A DNA stretch of 49,914 bases, taken from IMG/VR virus record IMGVR_UViG_2802429222_000003; one strand, 5' to 3'. This DNA is from a virus (lineage: Duplodnaviria; Heunggongvirae; Uroviricota; Caudoviricetes). The notes under the pieces were generated by a model. It was not told the DNA's origin. It saw only the letters and a program-made list of their open reading frames with translations, and searched no databases. A program made the position numbers and the translations under genes. Shown piece after piece: positions 44,387 to 49,914 of the stretch. Every line of letters begins with the position of its first letter. Position 1 is the stretch's first letter.

Positions 44387-44412
44387 CCCGGCCACCGTGC
44401 CGGGTTTTTTTT
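44387..44412 (+). terminator. intrinsic terminator ending the cI-linked operon
   Basis: CCCGGCCACCGTGCCGGG hairpin followed by TTTTTTTT. Confidence 0.85.
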
Positions 44413-44540
44413 GCCTCCCCTCATCACACACCGTTCAAAAAACCACCACAACCTCGCTTCAGTTATCGCTATGCGATGCAAGTCACAAAATAAATTCTTT
44501 TTGCTATCAAACATTTGATATCAAAACACATTAATTAATA

Positions 44541-44579
44541 GCAATAAGTATTGATGTCACCAATAGCAATAGCTATTAT
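44541..44579 (+). promoter_or_regulatory. candidate pL promoter with operator-like ATAGCAAT repeats
   Basis: TTGATG (44551..44556), 17-nt spacer, TATTAT (44574..44579); flanking ATAGCAAT-type half-sites like those in the cI-cro region. Confidence 0.6.
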
Positions 44580-44685
44580 TACCATATCGCAACAACACAA
44601 CGATACGGCAACCACCTGATTCACTGTTGCGATGACCGCTTAGATCCGCAGCTTGAATTTCAGCAGGCTCCGGGGAGTGCGAGGG

Positions 44686-45063
44686 GTGAAGCGGACGCGT
44701 GAACGTCGGTGTGACCAGCTGAAATCAACTCAACACTTTATACCTCAGTCGCTTCAACGAGGCGGCTTAGTTATGACAACCGGCGGCCATCCACCGCCTG
44801 AATACGCGCAGAAGTCTCTATATGTTCAGCAGCCCAGCTTACGGGCAGGAGTTTTTATGGTTCATCAACATTACGGAACGCAGACCGTTAATCGCGGTGC
44901 GGTCATGCCAGGCATGCTGGTCAAACACAAAGATGGTACCTGGACTGCATCAGCTAATTTACGCGGACGGCTTTATCTGCATCGCGGCATCGAGCGCACT
45001 TATACCCGTGATTTGCTCGTGGAAGTTTTTCTCGACGGACGCGGTAACGGCCTCAATCACTAA
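44686..45063 (+). CDS. first pL-operon ORF with arginine-rich N-terminus (candidate N-like antiterminator); alternative start ATG 44770
   Basis: GTG 44686 with GGGGAG 8 nt upstream; N-terminus (M)KRTRERR; ATG 44770 has a GAGG site. Confidence 0.4.
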   Translation: MKRTRERRCDQLKSTQHFIPQSLQRGGLVMTTGGHPPPEYAQKSLYVQQPSLRAGVFMVHQHYGTQTVNRGAVMPGMLVKHKDGTWTASANLRGRLYLHRGIERTYTRDLLVEVFLDGRGNGLNH

Positions 45064-45137
45064 TCCCCTTTCCTGTTTTCCTAATCAGCCTGGCATTTCG
45101 CGGGCGATATTTTCACAGCTATTTCAGGAGTTCAGCC

Positions 45138-45434
45138 ATGAACGCTTATTACATTCAGGATCGTCTTGAGGCTCAGAGCTGGGCGCGTCACTACCAGCAG
45201 ATCGCCCGAGAAGAGAAAGAGGCAGAACTGGCAGACGACATGGAAAAAGGCCTGCCCCAGCACCTATTTGAATCGCTATGCATCGATCATTTGCAACGCC
45301 ACGGGGCCAGCAAAAAAGCCATTACCCGTGCGTTTGATGACGATGTTGAGTTTCAGGAGCGCATGGCAGAACACATCCGGTACATGGTTGAAACCATTGC
45401 TCACCACCAGGTTGATATTGATTCAGAGGTATAA
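45138..45434 (+). CDS. gam: Gam host-nuclease inhibitor (short form, 98 aa)
   Basis: [21 protein letters not shown]... matches recalled lambda Gam. Confidence 0.93.
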   Translation: MNAYYIQDRLEAQSWARHYQQIAREEKEAELADDMEKGLPQHLFESLCIDHLQRHGASKKAITRAFDDDVEFQERMAEHIRYMVETIAHHQVDIDSEV

Positions 45435-45439
45435 AACGG

Positions 45440-46225
45440 ATGAGTACAGCACTCGCAACGCTGGCTGGGAAGCTGGCTGAACGAGTCGGCATGGATTCTG
45501 TCGACCCACAGGAACTGATCACCACTCTTCGCCAGACGGCATTTAAAGGTGATGCCAGCGATGCGCAGTTCATCGCATTGCTGATCGTCGCCAACCAGTA
45601 CGGTCTTAATCCGTGGACGAAAGAAATTTACGCCTTCCCTGATAAGCAGAACGGCATCGTTCCGGTGGTGGGCGTTGATGGCTGGTCCCGCATCATCAAC
45701 GAAAACCAGCAGTTTGACGGCATGGACTTTGAACAGGACAACGAATCCTGCACATGCCGGATTTACAGCAAAGACCGCAATCATCCGATCTGCGTTACCG
45801 AGTGGATGGATGAATGCCGCCGCGAACCATTCAAAACCCGCGAAGGCAGAGAAATCACCGGACCGTGGCAGTCGCATCCCAAACGGATGTTACGGCATAA
45901 AGCCATGATTCAGTGTGCCCGTCTGGCCTTCGGATTTGCTGGTATCTATGACAAGGATGAAGCCGAGCGCATTGTCGAAAATACTGCATACACTGCAGAA
46001 CGTCAGCCGGAACGCGACATCACTCCGGTTAACGATGAAACCATGCAGGAGATTAACACTCTGCTGATCGCCCTGGATAAAACATGGGATGACGACTTAT
46101 TGCCGCTCTGTTCCCAGATATTTCGCCGCGACATTCGCGCATCGTCAGAACTGACACAGGCCGAAGCAGTGAAAGCTCTTGGATTCCTGAAACAGAAAGC
46201 CACTGAGCAGAAGGTGGCAGCATGA
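45440..46225 (+). CDS. bet: Bet single-strand annealing protein (261 aa)
   Basis: matches recalled lambda Bet. Confidence 0.95.
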   Translation: MSTALATLAGKLAERVGMDSVDPQELITTLRQTAFKGDASDAQFIALLIVANQYGLNPWTKEIYAFPDKQNGIVPVVGVDGWSRIINENQQFDGMDFEQDNESCTCRIYSKDRNHPICVTEWMDECRREPFKTREGREITGPWQSHPKRMLRHKAMIQCARLAFGFAGIYDKDEAERIVENTAYTAERQPERDITPVNDETMQEINTLLIALDKTWDDDLLPLCSQIFRRDIRASSELTQAEAVKALGFLKQKATEQKVAA

Positions 46226-46902
46226 CACCGGACATTATCCTGCAGCGTACCGGGATCGACGTGAGAGCTGTCGAACAGGGGGATGATGCATGGCACAAAT
46301 TACGGCTCGGCGTCATCACCGCTTCAGAAGTTCACAACGTGATAGCAAAGCCCCGATCAGGAAAGAAATGGCCTGACATGAAAATGTCCTACTTCCACAC
46401 TCTGCTTGCTGAGGTTTGCACCGGTGTGGCTCCGGAAGTTAACGCTAAGGCGCTGGCCTGGGGAAAACAGTACGAGAACGACGCCAGAGCCCTGTTTGAG
46501 TTTACTTCCGGCGTGAATGTTACTGAATCCCCGATCATCTATCGCGACGAAAGTATGCGCACCGCCTGCTCTCCCGATGGTTTATGCAGTGACGGCAACG
46601 GCCTTGAGCTGAAATGCCCGTTTACCTCCCGGGATTTCATGAAGTTCCGGCTCGGTGGTTTCGAGGCCATAAAATCGGCTTACATGGCCCAGGTGCAGTA
46701 CAGCATGTGGGTGACGCGAAAAGATGCCTGGTACTTTGCCAACTATGACCCGCGTATGAAGCGTGAAGGACTGCATTATGTCGTGGTTGAGCGGGATGAA
46801 AAGTACATGGCGAGTTTTGACGAGATGGTGCCGGAGTTCATCGAAAAAATGGACGAGGCACTGGCTGAAATTGGTTTTGTATTTGGGGAGCAATGGCGAT
46901 GA
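46222..46902 (+). CDS. exo: lambda exonuclease Exo (226 aa)
   Basis: matches recalled lambda Exo. Confidence 0.95.
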   Translation: MTPDIILQRTGIDVRAVEQGDDAWHKLRLGVITASEVHNVIAKPRSGKKWPDMKMSYFHTLLAEVCTGVAPEVNAKALAWGKQYENDARALFEFTSGVNVTESPIIYRDESMRTACSPDGLCSDGNGLELKCPFTSRDFMKFRLGGFEAIKSAYMAQVQYSMWVTRKDAWYFANYDPRMKREGLHYVVVERDEKYMASFDEMVPEFIEKMDEALAEIGFVFGEQWR

Positions 46903-47081
46903 CGCATCCTCACGATAATATCCGGGTAGGCGCGATCACTTTCGTCTACTCCGTTACAAAGCGAGGCTGGGTATTTCCCGGCCTTTCTGTTATCCAAAAT
47001 CCACTGAAAGCCCAGCGGCTGGCTGAGGAGATAAATAATAAACGAGGGGCTGTATGCACAAAGCATCTCCCGTTGAGTTAA
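46893..47081 (+). CDS. lambda orf60a-like small protein
   Basis: [24 protein letters not shown]... resembles recalled lambda orf60a. Confidence 0.6.
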   Translation: MAMTHPHDNIRVGAITFVYSVTKRGWVFPGLSVIQNPLKAQRLAEEINNKRGAVCTKHLPLS

Positions 47082-47245
47082 GAACGAGTATCGAGATGGC
47101 ACATAGCCTCGCTCAAATTGGAGTCAGGTTTGTGCCAATACCAGTAGAAACAGACGAAGAATTTCATACGTTAGCCACATCCCTTTCACAAAAGCTGGAA
47201 ATGATGGTGGCGAAAGCAGAAGCAGATGAGAGAGACCAGGTATAA
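47054..47245 (+). CDS. lambda orf63-like small protein
   Basis: position and recalled similarity. Confidence 0.55.
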   Translation: MHKASPVELRTSIEMAHSLAQIGVRFVPIPVETDEEFHTLATSLSQKLEMMVAKAEADERDQV

Positions 47246-47255
47246 CAACCACTGA

Positions 47256-47537
47256 ATGCATTTTTCTGGCAGCGGGCTTCATATTCTGTGTGCTTATGCT
47301 TGCCGACATGGGACTTGTTCAATGACACCTCAGCAAGAAAACGCCCTTCGCAGTATTGCCCGTCAGGCTAACTATGAAATCAAAAAAGCCAGACAGCAGT
47401 TTCCGGATAAAAACGTCGATGACATTTGCCGTAGCGTACTGAAGAAGCACCGCGAAACGGTAACGCTGATGGGATTCACACCGACTCATTTAAGCCTGGC
47501 GATCGGCATGTTAAACGGCGTCTTTAAGGAACGGTGA
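47256..47537 (+). CDS. lambda orf61-like small protein (likely start at the internal Met, 47322)
   Basis: position in the exo-xis interval. Confidence 0.5.
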   Translation: MHFSGSGLHILCAYACRHGTCSMTPQQENALRSIARQANYEIKKARQQFPDKNVDDICRSVLKKHRETVTLMGFTPTHLSLAIGMLNGVFKER

Positions 47538-47635
47538 ACATGAAAAACAAAATCATCACGGAGCTACAGGCTCCTTTTTTATTATTCGCATTCGCCCTCA
47601 AGCGTATTAACCAACAGTTCAGGGATTAATGAAAG

Positions 47636-47857
47636 ATGGCAGACATCATTGATTCAGCATCAGAAATAGAAGAATTACAGCGCAACACAGCAATAAAAAT
47701 GCGCCGCCTGAACTACCTGGCTGTATCTGCCACTCATTGTTGTGAGTGTGGCGATCCGATAGATGAACGAAGACGACTGGCCGTTCAGGGTTGTCGTACT
47801 TGCGCCAGTTGCCAGCAAGATCTGGAGCTTATCCGCAAACAAAGGGGGATTAAGTGA
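47636..47857 (+). CDS. TraR/DksA-family C4 zinc-finger protein (73 aa, lambda Orf73-like)
   Basis: CxxC...CxxC pattern (CCECGDPIDERRRLAVQGCRTCASCQ). Confidence 0.7.
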   Translation: MADIIDSASEIEELQRNTAIKMRRLNYLAVSATHCCECGDPIDERRRLAVQGCRTCASCQQDLELIRKQRGIK

Positions 47858-48189
47858 TGGCTAACCTGCAACTTGCTGTTAAAAGTGAATACTTCGATGC
47901 CATGATTCGCGGAGAGAAAACAGAAGAGTATCGCTTGTGTAATGACTACTGGAATAAGCGAATTATGTTCCGGGAATATGACCGCCTGATTATCACAAAG
48001 GGATATCCGAAGCGCGACGATTCCAGTCGCAGAATTGATGTTCCGTATGACGGATATGAAGTGAAGACAATCACACATCCGCACTTTGGCGATAAACCGG
48101 TAAAGGTGTTCGCTATAAAGGTGAATATCAGCACTGAATATCAATCCGCACAACACAAGGTCAAGAATGTTCAGAGTGATTTACCCTAA
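47854..48189 (+). CDS. ASCH-domain protein (111 aa)
   Basis: GEKTEEYR motif typical of ASCH. Confidence 0.55.
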   Translation: MMANLQLAVKSEYFDAMIRGEKTEEYRLCNDYWNKRIMFREYDRLIITKGYPKRDDSSRRIDVPYDGYEVKTITHPHFGDKPVKVFAIKVNISTEYQSAQHKVKNVQSDLP

Positions 48190-48406
48190 CACCTGGTACG
48201 TCGACCACCACGGCACTCCCTGCAAAATCCTGCGTTCTACCCACAACAAAGTTCACTACATCCGAAAAGGCAGAACATGTATCGCCAGCATGTTCCGCTT
48301 TAATCATGACTTTGAACCTGTGAGTAAAGTGGAATCAGAGCGGATAGCCGAAGAGATCGATACAGCAGAACACATTAAGAAGTTACGTGCCATACGCAGG
48401 AAATAG
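48167..48406 (+). CDS. hypothetical early protein (79 aa)
   Basis: ORF in the exo-xis interval. Confidence 0.4.
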   Translation: MFRVIYPNTWYVDHHGTPCKILRSTHNKVHYIRKGRTCIASMFRFNHDFEPVSKVESERIAEEIDTAEHIKKLRAIRRK

Positions 48407-48545
48407 AAAAATTGATAAATTCAATACTGCATTTCTCAGCATTAAATTTATCTCTATGACCAGTCAAGAGATGTACCTGCCATGAGCTTAATATCATGTC
48501 AGATATATCGGTCACAAACTCCCTCAGCAGCTAAGAGGAGGACAA

Positions 48546-48782
48546 ATGTCTCGACTAATCACTTTACAGGACTGGGCTAAAGAAGAATTTGGGGACTTAG
48601 CACCAAGTGAGCGAGTTCTGAAAAAATACGCGCAAGGGAAAATGATGGCCCCACCCGCTATAAAAGTTGGTCGCTACTGGATGATTGACCGAAATTCCCG
48701 TTTTGTAGGAACGCTTGCAGAACCGCAACTCCCAATAAACGCAAACCCAAAACTCCAACGGATAATCGCTGATGGCTGCTAG
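48546..48782 (+). CDS. xis: excisionase Xis
   Basis: strong ribosome-binding site AAGAGGAGG; small basic protein immediately upstream of and overlapping int. Confidence 0.8.
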   Translation: MSRLITLQDWAKEEFGDLAPSERVLKKYAQGKMMAPPAIKVGRYWMIDRNSRFVGTLAEPQLPINANPKLQRIIADGC

Positions 48783-49914
48783 ACCCCGATCTCACAAAAT
48801 CTCTATACCCAATTTATATTGCAAATTAGATAAGCGAACCGGAAAGGTATATTGGCAATACAAACATCCACTATCCGGTCGTTTTCATAGCTTAGGAACT
48901 GATGAGAATGAAGCAAAACAAGTTGCTACTGAAGCAAATACCATTATTGCTGAACAACGTACCCGACAAATATTAAGCGTCAATGAGCGTCTGGAAAGAA
49001 TGAAAGGCAGGCGCTCAGACATTACGGTGACAGAATGGCTTGATAAATATATTTCTATCCAGGAGGACAGGCTGCAACATAATGAACTAAGACCCAACTC
49101 CTATCGGCAAAAAGGCAAACCCATTCGTCTTTTCCGTGAGCATTGTGGAATGCAACACCTCAAGGATATTACCGCACTTGATATTGCCGAAATAATTGAT
49201 GCTGTAAAGGCTGAAGGTCATAACAGGATGGCGCAAGTCGTGAGAATGGTGTTGATCGACGTCTTCAAAGAAGCACAACACGCAGGACATGTTCCGCCAG
49301 GATTTAACCCAGCGCAGGCAACAAAACAACCGCGAAATCGAGTAAACCGCCAAAGATTGTCACTGCCCGAATGGCAGGCAATATTTGAAAGCGTAAGCAG
49401 ACGGCAGCCCTATTTAAAATGCGGCATGCTACTTGCTCTTGTTACTGGACAACGTTTAGGCGATATCTGCAATTTGAAATTCTCTGATATATGGGACGAC
49501 ATGTTGCACATTACTCAGGAAAAAACCGGTTCAAAACTTGCTATTCCGCTTAACCTGAAATGCGATGCTCTGAATATTACCCTTCGTGAAGTTATATCTC
49601 AGTGCAGGGATGCTGTTGTTAGTAAATATCTGGTCCATTACCGTCACACTACCTCTCAAGCAAACAGAGGAGACCAGGTTTCTGCAAATACTCTGACAAC
49701 GGCTTTTAAAAAGGCCCGGGAAAAATGTGGCATAAAATGGGAGCAAGGAACTGCGCCCACATTTCATGAGCAGCGATCTCTGTCAGAACGGTTATATCGG
49801 GAACAGGGTCTGGATACGCAAAAGTTGTTAGGTCATAAATCCAGAAAAATGACCGACCGATACAATGATGATCGTGGTAAAGACTGGGTTATCGTAGATA
49901 TTAAAACAGCATAG
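48772..49914 (+). CDS. int: tyrosine integrase (lambda Int family, e14/phage 21-like, 380 aa)
   Basis: C-terminal catalytic region with R...HxxR...Y pattern (HEQRSLSERLY, LLGHKSRKMTDRY); N-terminus MAARPRSHKISIPNLY. Confidence 0.93.
   Translation: MAARPRSHKISIPNLYCKLDKRTGKVYWQYKHPLSGRFHSLGTDENEAKQVATEANTIIAEQRTRQILSVNERLERMKGRRSDITVTEWLDKYISIQEDRLQHNELRPNSYRQKGKPIRLFREHCGMQHLKDITALDIAEIIDAVKAEGHNRMAQVVRMVLIDVFKEAQHAGHVPPGFNPAQATKQPRNRVNRQRLSLPEWQAIFESVSRRQPYLKCGMLLALVTGQRLGDICNLKFSDIWDDMLHITQEKTGSKLAIPLNLKCDALNITLREVISQCRDAVVSKYLVHYRHTTSQANRGDQVSANTLTTAFKKAREKCGIKWEQGTAPTFHEQRSLSERLYREQGLDTQKLLGHKSRKMTDRYNDDRGKDWVIVDIKTA

Noticed and set aside
45048-45137. Long-form Gam start upstream of 45138
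   Set aside because: The in-frame upstream region resembles the lambda long-Gam leader but is closed by a TAA at 45045..45047 with no start codon, so only the short form is called

Overview
The window is almost entirely one apparently intact lambda-like prophage, lying in reverse orientation to the conventional lambda map. All calls are from reading the sequence and recalled lambda / E. coli K-12 protein sequences; no database search or gene-finder was run. From right to left: int and xis (48.5-49.9 kb, int ends at the window edge), an early-left operon (candidate N-like ORF, gam, bet, exo, small orf60a/orf63/orf61-like genes, a TraR-like zinc finger, an ASCH protein), an immunity region (cI-type repressor with S24 peptidase domain, Cro-like HTH, dyad operators), replication genes O/P/ren with an iteron origin inside O, a nin region carrying an AT-rich cargo block (emrE, large serine recombinase, PEBP-family protein, AraC regulator) plus rusA and a Q antiterminator, a second cargo block between Q and lysis (lipocalin, DUF523/DUF1722 protein, AppY-like regulator), a phage-21-type lysis cassette (pinholin, SAR endolysin, Rz/Rz1), cos, and a near-lambda head and tail module (Nu1 through J, with the G-T frameshift site) ending in a side tail fibre. 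Beyond the tail fibres lie appY and ompT and a 54-codon icd 3' fragment that probably marks the att junction; the first ~330 bp are a degraded exo copy from another lambdoid element. The most interesting candidate is a two-gene operon directly downstream of cI, at the position lambda uses for rexAB, encoding a protein-kinase-like protein and a partner with no recognisable domain.
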